From a virus, in the IMG/VR virus record IMGVR_UViG_3300033182_001261, positions 1-64,000 of that record: 64,000 nt of DNA, one strand, 5' to 3'. Shown here in pieces: positions 20,100-30,255 of the stretch. Below the pieces are notes generated by a model. It saw only the letters and a list, made by a program, of their open reading frames with translations. It was not told the origin of the DNA and searched no databases. The position numbers were made by a program, and so were the translations under genes. Every line of letters begins with the position of its first letter. Within the stretch, counting starts at the first letter, position 1.

Positions 20100-20269
20100 G
20101 GAGAAGTTTATGAAAATTTCTAGTTTGATGAGAGTTCTAGCTTTCATGGTTGGTGGTCAATTTTTATTGTCTGCTCTCGGTGTTTATAACCCATCTCTAT
20201 GGTTTCTAGCTGGATGGATTTTATGTATGATTGACCATTCTTTGGAAAACAACTCATTGAGGTGGTAAA

Positions 20270-20716
20270 TTGAGATTTGAAATTCATTATAGAAATGACC
20301 AAGTAAAAGAGTATTACAAAAATTCTGGAATACAAACAGTCGGTTCTGCTGGATTTGATTTAGTTTGTGTTGAAGATTTAGTTTTTGATAAATTTGGTGA
20401 ACTACAAATGATTGATTTGGGTATCATTATAAAACCACCTAGAGGACATCATTCTTTGGTTATGCCTAGAAGTTCTACTTTTAAAAAGTATGGGTTAATG
20501 CAATCTAATTCTGTTGGTTTGATTGATGAGGATTACTGCGGACCAGAAGATTATTGGATGTTTCCTGTTTTATATCTAAGACATGGAACCACATCTATAC
20601 CTGCTGGAACTAGATTAGCACAATTTATTTTTCAGAAGACTAATAAGATTACTAAGATTTATGAGTTTAATCCTGATGGTGATTCAAGAGGAGGGTTTGG
20701 AAGCACAGGAAACTAA
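20270..20716 (+). CDS. dut: Trimeric dUTPase
   Basis: GSAGFDL, PRSS, GLIDEDYCG, RLAQ, RGGFGSTG. Confidence 0.95.
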   Translation: MRFEIHYRNDQVKEYYKNSGIQTVGSAGFDLVCVEDLVFDKFGELQMIDLGIIIKPPRGHHSLVMPRSSTFKKYGLMQSNSVGLIDEDYCGPEDYWMFPVLYLRHGTTSIPAGTRLAQFIFQKTNKITKIYEFNPDGDSRGGFGSTGN

Positions 20717-20723
20717 ATAATAT

Positions 20724-21251
20724 TTGATGGGTAACAATTTAAAAAATACAAATGTTGGTAAACTGAGGATTGAGTATGAAGGTGAAGTTCATGAGTTCAA
20801 TTCCTTCAATTCACCGTTTGTTTGTGAAAATTGTGAAAATGACCCCAACTGTAAAATTGTTATAGATGGTTTCAGTGAAGAACCTATTGATTTGCAGACT
20901 ATTAAGAAGCATCAAAGGGAGTTTAAGTACGAATCTGTTTATTTTTACGGAGAAGCTTACACTATGGATATTTTGGTTTTTGAGATAAGAATAGTGAATT
21001 CTTATGCTTTTACTATTCTATTATCAAGAGAGTCTCCTTTTTCAGAAATTCATATGGATTTTCATGAAATAACATCCCCGACAGTTATGACCCCTAAATT
21101 CATACATCAAAAAATATTAGAAAGTATTGTCTGTTCTGCTAGAGAAGTTGAAATTTTCCAAAAGGTTTTAAAATTAAAAAGACCTGATAAAGATAAAAAT
21201 AAAGGTTTACATCTAAATTTTCAAGATTCTATAAAGGATTTTATGATATGA
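20724..21251 (+). CDS. Hypothetical protein (N-terminus shared with ORF 25551)
   Basis: KLRIEYEGEVHEF versus ILKIQYEGEVYKF. Confidence 0.6.
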   Translation: MMGNNLKNTNVGKLRIEYEGEVHEFNSFNSPFVCENCENDPNCKIVIDGFSEEPIDLQTIKKHQREFKYESVYFYGEAYTMDILVFEIRIVNSYAFTILLSRESPFSEIHMDFHEITSPTVMTPKFIHQKILESIVCSAREVEIFQKVLKLKRPDKDKNKGLHLNFQDSIKDFMI

Positions 21252-21257
21252 GGTTTT

Positions 21258-21971
21258 GTGAAAAATTATATAGTATGTTTAAAATGGGGAAATAAGTACG
21301 GACCAGAGTATGTAAATAGACTTTACAATATGGTCAGTCGTAATTGTACAATCCCTTTTGAATTTGTATGTTTTACTGAAAATGGTGAAGGTATATCGAA
21401 AGATGTTCGAGTTTTACCTCTACAGACAAAATCTGGAGTACAAGGATGGTGGTATAAACCGATGTTTTTCTCTTCAGAATTACCTTTAAATGGAAATATA
21501 CTTTTTATGGATTTAGATGTTATTGTTTTTAGGAATATAGATAAACTCTTCACTTACAATCCTGAAAAATTTTGTATCATTAAAGATTTCCCTATTCCTG
21601 GAAAAAATAGAACTTTCAGTAAAATGAATTCAAGTGTTTTTAGACTGCAGACAGGTCAGAATTCTTTTATATATGATGAATTTATTAGTGACCTTTCTAT
21701 AACAAAAAAATTTCACGGAGACCAAGATTGGATTTATCATAAACTCCAAGATAAGGAATATGAATTTTGGCCTGAATCTTGGATAAAAAGTTATAAATGG
21801 GGAATGCTAAATACTGTTAGAGTTAATCCCTATAAAAATTTAAAAGGTGAAATTGTTTATAAATCTGACATAAAACCAAAAATAGAAGAAGATACTTGTA
21901 TATCAGTTTTTCATGGCCAACCTAGTCCGCACAATTGTATAGATGAATGGGTTAAGGAGAATTGGATTTAA
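21258..21971 (+). CDS. GT-A fold glycosyltransferase (GT8-like)
   Basis: CLKWG.KY..EYVNRL, FMDLD (DxD), NSSV, GDQDWI, FHG.P.PH. Confidence 0.85.
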   Translation: MKNYIVCLKWGNKYGPEYVNRLYNMVSRNCTIPFEFVCFTENGEGISKDVRVLPLQTKSGVQGWWYKPMFFSSELPLNGNILFMDLDVIVFRNIDKLFTYNPEKFCIIKDFPIPGKNRTFSKMNSSVFRLQTGQNSFIYDEFISDLSITKKFHGDQDWIYHKLQDKEYEFWPESWIKSYKWGMLNTVRVNPYKNLKGEIVYKSDIKPKIEEDTCISVFHGQPSPHNCIDEWVKENWI

Positions 21972-21972
21972 T

Positions 21973-22863
21973 ATGAAAAATAAAATTTTAAGTTTCCCTA
22001 AAGAATATTTGAATATTAGATATGCTAAAACTCATTTTGATTTTTTTATCAGTTATGCTAAATTGGCAGGTTATAAAATTGAATTTTCTGAGAATAGTCC
22101 AAGTAAAACTTTCGGTGAGGGTATAGTTTACACCGAAGATAACTGGGGGTTTGCTTGTTGTATAAACGGTAAACAGTTTTTTGTGAATATATCGGACCAA
22201 TATGATTTACCTATTCAATCAGAATATTTGAAAAATTTTTCAAATATAAAGTTTTTTAAATATCAGAAATCAGAAAGATTAAACGATAATTCAATCCCTT
22301 TAGGTCCTCCAATCTGTTTTAATACTTTTAGACCTCCAAACTTAAAGGATTTCAATAATATTGAAGAGTATTTTAAATTGAGAGAATCTTTTGTTTTTTC
22401 TCCAGGAGATAAAATTCTATGCAAACAAAGACCCTACGGTGATGCTACTAGAAGAAGACTCATTGTTAAATCAATGATTATGGAAAATTTCGAAAATCAT
22501 GATTTAAATTACTCCGTAATGAATCAAGTTAATTTTTGGAACATATCTCAAAATTGTTTAACATCGGTTTGTGTTCCAGGGCACAGAAATAATATGGTTG
22601 ATAGAGGGCATATGGAACTTATAGGTTTAGGGGTTTGTACTATATCCCCTAATGTCGATACCATTTTTTGTTATGATAAGGTTTTGGAACCAGATGTTCA
22701 TTATATTAGATGCAAAGACGATTATTCTGATTTGACTGAAAAAATTAAAATGCTTCAGAAAGATAAAAAGTTATCTAAACAGATAGGTGATAATGCAAGA
22801 GATTTTTTTGACACTTATTATAAACCAGAAAAATATTTCGAGTGGATTGAGATGTGTTTATGA
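21973..22863 (+). CDS. Putative GT-B glycosyltransferase (GT90/CgeB-like C-terminus)
   Basis: LEPDVHYI..KDDYSDL.EKI...IG.NAR; context in GT cluster. Confidence 0.6.
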   Translation: MKNKILSFPKEYLNIRYAKTHFDFFISYAKLAGYKIEFSENSPSKTFGEGIVYTEDNWGFACCINGKQFFVNISDQYDLPIQSEYLKNFSNIKFFKYQKSERLNDNSIPLGPPICFNTFRPPNLKDFNNIEEYFKLRESFVFSPGDKILCKQRPYGDATRRRLIVKSMIMENFENHDLNYSVMNQVNFWNISQNCLTSVCVPGHRNNMVDRGHMELIGLGVCTISPNVDTIFCYDKVLEPDVHYIRCKDDYSDLTEKIKMLQKDKKLSKQIGDNARDFFDTYYKPEKYFEWIEMCL

Positions 22864-23558
22864 ATGATGTTATCGATAAAATATATTGTATAAATTTACC
22901 TCAAAGTCAAGATAGGTGGAAAAAAGTATCTGCAAGTTTCGAGAATCTAGGTTTGGGAAATAAATTAAATAGAATAGAAGCAGTTAAACCTCCACAAAAT
23001 TTCTTTCTCCCCAATCAAGTTAGAAACACTCAGTTAGGGTGCACTTTAAGTCATCTAAAAACTTTGGGAACATCTCTTAAAGAATCTGAAGGTAATATAT
23101 TGGTTGTTGAAGATGACATTTCCCCTTCAGATGAATGTAATAAAATTGTTAGTGATGTTATTAAAAATCTTCCTAAAACTTGGTCAATTTGTTACTTTGG
23201 GGGACAACCCAGAAAACCTTTAAACTTATATAAAAAATCTGAAAATATTAATATATATCGAGCAAAAGGAATTATCGGAGCTTATGCGTATGCTGTAAAT
23301 TTTAATTATATAAAAAGTTTATTTTCCTATACTATAAGTTCATTGTCCACAAATTCTTACAGAAATTCTGAAGGTTATTTAAATTATTCTGGAGTTTATG
23401 ATTATATTTTATTGGAATTTGCTGCAGGAACAGAATCTTTTATAACTTACCCTTTAGTTTTCAAACCTTTCCCTGCTGTAAGTACTATAACAGGGCAGGA
23501 CTACTCTCAAAAAGATTTGGACAATTTAATTGAAAATAGATGGAAATGGGTTAAATAA
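22860..23558 (+). CDS. Glycosyltransferase family 25
   Basis: YCINL....DR, GCTLSH, LVVEDD, W.I.YFG, AYAV. Confidence 0.85.
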   Translation: MNDVIDKIYCINLPQSQDRWKKVSASFENLGLGNKLNRIEAVKPPQNFFLPNQVRNTQLGCTLSHLKTLGTSLKESEGNILVVEDDISPSDECNKIVSDVIKNLPKTWSICYFGGQPRKPLNLYKKSENINIYRAKGIIGAYAYAVNFNYIKSLFSYTISSLSTNSYRNSEGYLNYSGVYDYILLEFAAGTESFITYPLVFKPFPAVSTITGQDYSQKDLDNLIENRWKWVK

Positions 23559-23573
23559 TGATAGGATGTAATT

Positions 23574-24317
23574 ATGATAGAAATGAAGAATTTAGAAAAA
23601 AATAATAAAAAATTGGCTATTTGTATGACTGCGTATAATACTGAAGATTATATTTTAGAAGCAATAGATTCTTTAAATAATCAAAAACTTCCAGATTCTT
23701 GGGAAATAAGATTTTATATAGGTGTAGATTCGTGTAAAAATACTGCTGGAATTTTAGATAAAAATAGAATCTCTTATTATTGGTCATCCGAAAATGTTGG
23801 TACATATATTTTAACAAATTCTCTTTTACAGAAATCTGCTGAAGATGGTTGCGACGCTTTCTTGAGATTTGATTCTGATGATATAGCTTTTGAAAATTTT
23901 ATATATAATGGAATTTATCACATAGAAAAGTCTGGGTATGTTAGAGGTTTTTATGAAGGTTTTAGTGGAAAAAATTTCCCCAAAAACCCTCGATTTTTAA
24001 GAAGACATCATGGTGCAGTCTTTTTTAATAAAAATGTATTAAATCTTCTTGGAGGATATCATGAGTATAGGGTTAGTTGCGATGCTTGGTTTAATTTTAG
24101 AGCTGAGAAATCCGGATTTAAATCCAATGTCACTTATAATAAGCCTTGTTTTTTTTATAGATTACATCAAAAATCCTTAACGAAAAATCCTCAGACTTCC
24201 ATGAAATCCGATTTTAGAAGAGAGGTGGAAATAAAATTAAAAAAATCTTTGAGTGAGGGGGAAATAAAAATTGAAAACCCTGTCACGGCGGATTTAGAAT
24301 ATAGGAATATGAAATGA
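23574..24317 (+). CDS. Glycosyltransferase family 2
   Basis: MTAYN.EDYI.EAI.SL, NVG, FDSDD, LGGY. Confidence 0.85.
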   Translation: MIEMKNLEKNNKKLAICMTAYNTEDYILEAIDSLNNQKLPDSWEIRFYIGVDSCKNTAGILDKNRISYYWSSENVGTYILTNSLLQKSAEDGCDAFLRFDSDDIAFENFIYNGIYHIEKSGYVRGFYEGFSGKNFPKNPRFLRRHHGAVFFNKNVLNLLGGYHEYRVSCDAWFNFRAEKSGFKSNVTYNKPCFFYRLHQKSLTKNPQTSMKSDFRREVEIKLKKSLSEGEIKIENPVTADLEYRNMK

Positions 24318-24958
24318 GATATAAATTTGTAGATATAGGATGTGGACATCAAAGTGTCTCGACGGATATTTTCGGAACAGATGTCTATGGTGTGTTAGTT
24401 GAACCTATAAAAGAATATTTGGAAGTTCTTCCTTCTGGTAAAAATATAATAAAAGTTAATGCTGCTATATCGGAAAAAAATGGTGAAATAGATTTTAATG
24501 CGTTTATAGCAAAAAACCCCAAATATTATTCTAATCAAGAAATTACCAAAATTAAAAATAACCCTAAATTGTTAAGGGAGTATGTTAAAAATTTTTCGCA
24601 TTCGGGTCAAAGTTCTATAAAAAATATTGAAAAGTTGTTGAAAGTTACCACTAAAATAAAAGTGAAATCGTATGATCTTAAAACATTTTTTGAGAAATAT
24701 GATATTACAGAAATAGACTATTTAAAAATAGATGTTGAAGGATATGAAGAAGAAATTTTACAACAATTATTGATAATGCTGGAAAAGGGAAGTATTAAAA
24801 TTAACAATCAGATAAAGTATGAATTTAACCATCTTTCTGATGAAAAAAATCTTAATAAGATAACTGAAAGAATAAAACAATTTGGTTTTGATGGGTGTAT
24901 AGTTTCCTCACCTCCTTGGAATACAGATATGGTTTTAAATAGAAAAATGAATTCATGA
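24314..24958 (+). CDS. FkbM-family SAM methyltransferase
   Basis: VDIG, LVEP, NAAIS, IDYLKIDVEGYE. Confidence 0.88.
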   Translation: MRYKFVDIGCGHQSVSTDIFGTDVYGVLVEPIKEYLEVLPSGKNIIKVNAAISEKNGEIDFNAFIAKNPKYYSNQEITKIKNNPKLLREYVKNFSHSGQSSIKNIEKLLKVTTKIKVKSYDLKTFFEKYDITEIDYLKIDVEGYEEEILQQLLIMLEKGSIKINNQIKYEFNHLSDEKNLNKITERIKQFGFDGCIVSSPPWNTDMVLNRKMNS

Positions 24959-24974
24959 TTCCATTTGTAATACT

Positions 24975-25325
24975 ATGAATATAGGAAATAGAATATTAGT
25001 TGAATATCAATACGCAAAGTATGAATTTGAAATATTCCCTTCACATCTAAGTCACGATTTTTTATTATACAGGTCAACCTCTTCCCACTATTATATTAAA
25101 GAGGTTAGGAAATATTACTATATGATTTTCTGTATAAATACTGATAAGAAATGTTTTTATTTTGGAATAACCCCAGAAGACGCCGTCATAACAGACCAGA
25201 ATTTTTATGTATTAAACATTTCACATGAGGATGTAGAATCTAAACATGGAACCGAATATCAATTTTTACAATTTGTCACATATCAATTTGGAAGTCTTTC
25301 TGAGTATTTAAATTACAGTATATGA
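24975..25325 (+). CDS. Hypothetical protein
   Basis: In-operon ORF; weak similarity to ORFs 19704/20724/25551. Confidence 0.5.
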   Translation: MNIGNRILVEYQYAKYEFEIFPSHLSHDFLLYRSTSSHYYIKEVRKYYYMIFCINTDKKCFYFGITPEDAVITDQNFYVLNISHEDVESKHGTEYQFLQFVTYQFGSLSEYLNYSI

Positions 25326-25549
25326 AAAGGACTCCTAAAGATATCACGATACAATATTGTAAAGAGTCTGGATGTCCAGTACAGAAATCTATTGATAATC
25401 ATAGGGCACAAGATGGTTCTGAAGATGAAATTAAAATGATAAAGTATGCATACTGTGTTAGATGTGATGTTTATAAAATGCGAAAGTGGATGGAAAGTAA
25501 AGGTATAACATTAAATGATGAAGATGACCTGCCTATAAATTTTTTGTAA
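25322..25549 (+). CDS. Small Cys-containing hypothetical protein
   Basis: ATGA overlap with upstream gene; C-x3-C...CxxC. Confidence 0.55.
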   Translation: MKRTPKDITIQYCKESGCPVQKSIDNHRAQDGSEDEIKMIKYAYCVRCDVYKMRKWMESKGITLNDEDDLPINFL

Positions 25550-25550
25550 A

Positions 25551-25949
25551 GTGAATATTTTAAAGATACAATATGAAGGTGAAGTTTACAAGTTCAAAAG
25601 ATTAACCTCTTTTGAAGTTTATTACATTTTAGAAACCCCTATTAACGATAAAAAAATATTCTTCTCCTATAATTTGATTTTCGAAATAAATAAACTTTCA
25701 ATGATGATGGAAAATCAATATGAATTTAAATCAGGATATCTGATTTCTGGTATAACATATGATGATTATCCCACTAGTAAAATCAAAAAAGTTCTATGTA
25801 AATCTAATTTCCCTGCTAAATCGGACTTTGATATATGTAATGTAACTCAAAAAAAATTTATAGATTTTTGTCAGAGAAACTTTTATTTAATGCTTTCAGT
25901 TGTCAATAAAGTTAATACTTCTAATTCGCATATCAACCAAAAACTATAA
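25551..25949 (+). CDS. Hypothetical protein
   Basis: N-terminus similar to ORF 20724. Confidence 0.55.
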   Translation: MNILKIQYEGEVYKFKRLTSFEVYYILETPINDKKIFFSYNLIFEINKLSMMMENQYEFKSGYLISGITYDDYPTSKIKKVLCKSNFPAKSDFDICNVTQKKFIDFCQRNFYLMLSVVNKVNTSNSHINQKL

Positions 25950-25957
25950 ATATAGGT

Positions 25958-26185
25958 ATGGAAGAAGAAACTCCAAAACCAGATTCAAAAAGCAGATGGC
26001 AAAATAGGAGAAGGATGGCTTGGATTGCCCTCACTTCTATCTTAGTCGTTACAGTTTTGGCATTCTTCGTTGTTGCTGAGTCCCGATTGAAACTATTAGG
26101 AGATGTTATCAACATGTTCTACTTATCAATGGCATCAATCGTTGGAGCATATGTTGGATTCGCAACTCTTGACAAAAAGATATAA
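25958..26185 (+). CDS. Small two-TM membrane protein (holin-like topology)
   Basis: RRRMAW + two hydrophobic helices, late promoter at 25945. Confidence 0.65.
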   Translation: MEEETPKPDSKSRWQNRRRMAWIALTSILVVTVLAFFVVAESRLKLLGDVINMFYLSMASIVGAYVGFATLDKKI

Positions 26186-26195
26186 GAGGTTTATT

Positions 26196-26375
26196 ATGAT
26201 AATAGTGCCAAAAGGAAAAGTTAAAGTATGGTGCGAGTCTTGTAATGGAAGAGGGTCTTTTGTATCCTCTTTAACAGAAATATTGAATATCTGTGAAGAT
26301 TGTGATGGTCAAGGATATATTGAAAAACAAATATCAGATTTTTTTGAGGTGGATAAAACAAAAATTGAAGGTTAA
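26196..26375 (+). CDS. Small DnaJ-type CxxCxGxG zinc-finger protein
   Basis: CESCNGRG and CEDCDGQG; GAGG RBS before ATG 26196. Confidence 0.65.
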   Translation: MIIVPKGKVKVWCESCNGRGSFVSSLTEILNICEDCDGQGYIEKQISDFFEVDKTKIEG

Positions 26376-26377
26376 CT

Positions 26378-26914
26378 ATGAAAAATTATAGTGTTTTAGA
26401 TTTTCTAGAAGAGAAAAAAGAAGAAGCAAAGAAAGATACAGTCCAAGATAAGGATATCAAAGATAGAAAAGGTTCTCAACCTAAGAAGTACTACAAAGGT
26501 CTTGCTAAATCAACAAAAGAGAAACGTGCTGCTCATTTTAAAAAGGGTGCAGCAATGAGTGATGATGACCCAAGAGCATATAAGAAAGCTCCTGGAGACG
26601 CAAGAGCGAAAACAAAAGAATCAGAATACACCAAAAAGTATAAAGAGAAGTATGGAGAAGAAGTTGAAAATGATTCTGATATACTACTAGAGAATCCTGA
26701 TAAATCTCTCAAGAAGAAAGCAGAGAAGTCTGGGATTGCGTTCTCAATACTGAAGCAAGTATATAAGAGAGGTGTTGCTGCGTGGAGAACAGGACATCGT
26801 CCTGGAACTACTCCTGAGCAGTGGGCGATGGCTCGCACTAACTCGTTTATTGTTGGAGGTAAGACGAGAACAACTGCTGATGCTGACTTATGGAAGAAAC
26901 ATAAGGGGAAATAA
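26378..26914 (+). CDS. Basic conserved phage protein (VY.RG.AAW..GHRPG.T..QWA.AR.NSF family)
   Basis: Motif recalled from T4-like and large DNA viruses; family-A N-terminal leader. Confidence 0.75.
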   Translation: MKNYSVLDFLEEKKEEAKKDTVQDKDIKDRKGSQPKKYYKGLAKSTKEKRAAHFKKGAAMSDDDPRAYKKAPGDARAKTKESEYTKKYKEKYGEEVENDSDILLENPDKSLKKKAEKSGIAFSILKQVYKRGVAAWRTGHRPGTTPEQWAMARTNSFIVGGKTRTTADADLWKKHKGK

Positions 26915-26915
26915 A

Positions 26916-28538
26916 ATGAAAAAGAGAAGATACTTTTTAGAAGATTACATTACAGAGGCGTCATTATCAGCTAAAGAGGTTGCTAAAAGGGGTAATCTTA
27001 AAATATTTTTAAGAAAATGGGTAGAAGGTGAACCTTTCGAAAAAACGGATGGTTCTCAAATCACTCTTGTTAAACCTTCCATACCTGATTTTAAAAATGA
27101 ATATTGGCAGTTTCGGAAAGATGAAACGAAAAATGATTTAAATCCAGAGAGACAACTCTATGCGCATATAACAGGGCAACTTAAAGGAGGTGTTGATATA
27201 CCGACTACTGATGGAGGCACTGTTAGATTGAGTAAGTTATTAAAAACATCCGAATTTGGAGGAGCAGGTGGTTCCAAAGGACCTTCTGGAGAAGATTGGG
27301 AAGCAATGATTGCTGTTGGTTTAGCAGTCATCGATGGGAAATCAGGGAAAACTCTCCCTGATGAGTGGAAAAGAGTTGAAAAATATTGGGGAAATGATGA
27401 ATTGAGAGAACAGGCAATGAATTTAGCAAATTCTTTTAAGAGTTCTGGATACTCTCCAATGAAACAAACTGGAAGTGGTAAGGGTGGTTCGGCAGTTTCT
27501 TCTATTTGGAAGAAATTATATGAAAAACACGGCGGTGGAGGAAAAATGAACAGTACTCCAAAAACAGATGTTATTGGTGGAGGTGTCAAAATATCTCTCA
27601 AAAAAGTTGGAGGTTCTCAGGCTATGAGTTCTAAAAACCAAGAAGCTTTTGCAACTTTTGAAGCAGCAATGTTATTATATGGAGAAAAATATCCAGGAGA
27701 AGTGAATAAAATATTAACATCCTTAAAAAACGATGTTTTAGATTTTGAGAGAAGTGGATATAAAGGAACTATAGGACAACTCAAAAAAGACCTTAAAGCA
27801 GCAGAGAGTGATCCAAGTAAATTTACTAAGAGTGAGTTGACTAAACTTAAATCTTATAAAGATGATATGGATGCTTCCTACAAAAACGCAGATAAATTAA
27901 CGAAACTAGTCAACGATATATTCCAAAAAAGTCCTAGGATGAAACAATTGTTTTTATTTGAAGCTTCTTCTGGGTCTGTTAAATTTGGAGATAAATCCAA
28001 CTCAAGAGCAGATAGATTAGTTGAGTTTGACCCAGAAAAAGGTAAAATAACTGCTGATTGGGATATTAAAACTCCAGATTCAATTGCATCGATTATGAGT
28101 AAATATAAAATTTACTTTGCTTTTAAAACTAGTGGAGATTCACCTTATATTTCACTAAGAGGGAGTATGTTGGCGTCATTGGGTGAAAGTGCTGAATATA
28201 CAGAAGATTGTCCAACTTTTTCATCAATTATTAAAGAGGCATTTAATGAAAATGAATTTGGAAGAACCTTATTATCAGAAGAATATAGTCAATTGGATGA
28301 GTTTCAATTGTTCCAAAAGATTAAATCAAAAGTTTCGGATATTAAATCAAAAGTTTTAAATAGTAAAGTGGTACAAAAGTTTTTACAAATATGGGAACGG
28401 ATAAAACAGAAAATGTCAAAGGCTTTTGATTGGATTATAAAACAAGGAAAAATGGCATTAAGTTATTTGTTGAAGTTTTTTGGAATGAAACCTTCAAGAG
28501 TTAGAGTGAATGGACCAATAGAGTTATTTACGGAGTAA
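26916..28538 (+). CDS. Large hypothetical protein with putative PD-(D/E)xK-like nuclease core
   Basis: LKTSEFGG, TPKTD...KISLKK; start at ATG 26916 after AAGGGG RBS. Confidence 0.6.
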   Translation: MKKRRYFLEDYITEASLSAKEVAKRGNLKIFLRKWVEGEPFEKTDGSQITLVKPSIPDFKNEYWQFRKDETKNDLNPERQLYAHITGQLKGGVDIPTTDGGTVRLSKLLKTSEFGGAGGSKGPSGEDWEAMIAVGLAVIDGKSGKTLPDEWKRVEKYWGNDELREQAMNLANSFKSSGYSPMKQTGSGKGGSAVSSIWKKLYEKHGGGGKMNSTPKTDVIGGGVKISLKKVGGSQAMSSKNQEAFATFEAAMLLYGEKYPGEVNKILTSLKNDVLDFERSGYKGTIGQLKKDLKAAESDPSKFTKSELTKLKSYKDDMDASYKNADKLTKLVNDIFQKSPRMKQLFLFEASSGSVKFGDKSNSRADRLVEFDPEKGKITADWDIKTPDSIASIMSKYKIYFAFKTSGDSPYISLRGSMLASLGESAEYTEDCPTFSSIIKEAFNENEFGRTLLSEEYSQLDEFQLFQKIKSKVSDIKSKVLNSKVVQKFLQIWERIKQKMSKAFDWIIKQGKMALSYLLKFFGMKPSRVRVNGPIELFTE

Positions 28539-28542
28539 TGAA

Positions 28543-29736
28543 TTATTTGTTAGGTTTTATATTACCTTCATTATCACAAATATGAGTTATTTTCCGACCA
28601 CCCTTAGAAAATATTGAAAATCTCATTCCCCTGATGCCGAAATCGGATCGAACTCCTTTTGCATTGGGGTTTAATATTTTTTCAGAAGAGCCCTTTTTCA
28701 TAGCCATTAAGTAAGGTTCGTAATCACCTGTAAGAGGAGTTCCGTTCAATTTCATAGGACCACTTGATTTCAATAAATATACATCACCTTGTTTTTTTAG
28801 TTTTGGGTCTCCTTGTAATATTGCATGGACATTATTTTCACCTTTAATTGAATTGTAATTTGGTCCGTAGGTAGCTCTACAAGAAAGTAAATTATTTTCA
28901 ATTTTTTTAGCTATTGTGAACCCTGTTTGCATATGCCATTTAGGATTATCTGTGGTATATTTTTTAACTTTTTCTATGAAATAGAGAACTTCTGGATCAT
29001 TTGATATAATTTTACCTGCTTTTGAACTCATTCCACTCCATTGACCAAAATCTTTTGCGTGACTGCCTTTTTTATGTGATATGTGCACTTCATTAACCAA
29101 TTTTCCATTTTTATATGAAACCAAAGTTAGGTCGGATTTAGGGGTTCCTGAGACTTTATTAACACCGACGATATTTTTAAATATATCTTGACCAATTTTA
29201 ATATCTATTCCATATGTTAATTTATTTTCTTTTTTTACGATATCGCATATCATTTTATTAAAATCATTAATAAAATCCTTCTCACCAGACTCACTAGCAG
29301 TAGGGTTATTTAAAATGTATGATGATAGTTTTTGCTCCTCTTTTATCAAAGATATTTGTCCCCATTCTATGTTACCTTTTTTCGTTGAAGATTTTGAATC
29401 TATTCCCCCAAATTCAGAAGTTTTTAAGATATTTCCTGTGGATATTTTCACCGAATCTTTACAGACCCACATTTTAGCCGATTTTGTTTCTGGTGGTAGT
29501 ACACTTTCAAATTTTGTTTTGAATTTTTCAAAACTCATGGTTTTTTTAATTTCTATAACAGTCTCTTTTCCTTTCCCCACTTTAATTATCATTTTATTAA
29601 ATACAAATTTTAATGATTTCCCAACGGAGATTGGTTTTATTAAATCTACAGGTATTTCTTTTGTTGCTTTTTCATGAATCACTTTCAAATTATTATTATA
29701 TCTTTTATTGAAGTGACTCCAAGTTAATCCTGCCAT
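28543..29736 (-). CDS. Hypothetical protein with putative PD-(D/E)xK-like nuclease core
   Basis: LKTSEFGG, TPKSD...HISHKKG....FGQWSG; AGGAG RBS and AATAAATA upstream. Confidence 0.6.
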   Translation of the reverse strand: MAGLTWSHFNKRYNNNLKVIHEKATKEIPVDLIKPISVGKSLKFVFNKMIIKVGKGKETVIEIKKTMSFEKFKTKFESVLPPETKSAKMWVCKDSVKISTGNILKTSEFGGIDSKSSTKKGNIEWGQISLIKEEQKLSSYILNNPTASESGEKDFINDFNKMICDIVKKENKLTYGIDIKIGQDIFKNIVGVNKVSGTPKSDLTLVSYKNGKLVNEVHISHKKGSHAKDFGQWSGMSSKAGKIISNDPEVLYFIEKVKKYTTDNPKWHMQTGFTIAKKIENNLLSCRATYGPNYNSIKGENNVHAILQGDPKLKKQGDVYLLKSSGPMKLNGTPLTGDYEPYLMAMKKGSSEKILNPNAKGVRSDFGIRGMRFSIFSKGGRKITHICDNEGNIKPNK

Positions 29737-29844
29737 ATAAACTCCTATTTTTATTTATTAGAAGTATAACATAAGTAAAAATACTTGACAATACCTTTCA
29801 AATAGTATATTATATAAATATATTCATAACAGAGGGTGAATGTA

Positions 29845-30255
29845 ATGTCCATTAAAAGAATATATAGTGTAAGAGACTTTCTGAATGAGGATTCTGAAAA
29901 AGTTGATGAGTTCTTTATTCGTAGTATGAAGAAAAGACCAAAACCTAAATATAACGATGAGGATCGTTTTGTTCCCGATGATAAAGATATTGATTATGAT
30001 AAGTTGATAAGTTTTGACAGAAACAGAGTTAATAAGATATCGAGTGTCATTTCCGCTTACCTACACAGATATTCTTCAAACTCGAAAAAGAAAGAAGATA
30101 CCATATACTTACATTTTCAACCCACTATTCGTTCATCTTTTGAGGATGTCAAGAAGCAACTCTCAAAACTAAAAAATGTTCTGAAAATAAAAAGTATAAG
30201 AGTGATGAATAGTTTAATCATGGTCACTCTTAAAAACCAACACAAATATGCGTAA
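29845..30255 (+). CDS. Hypothetical late protein with family-A leader
   Basis: TATAAATA at 29813; N-terminus YSVRDFLNE. Confidence 0.65.
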   Translation: MSIKRIYSVRDFLNEDSEKVDEFFIRSMKKRPKPKYNDEDRFVPDDKDIDYDKLISFDRNRVNKISSVISAYLHRYSSNSKKKEDTIYLHFQPTIRSSFEDVKKQLSKLKNVLKIKSIRVMNSLIMVTLKNQHKYA

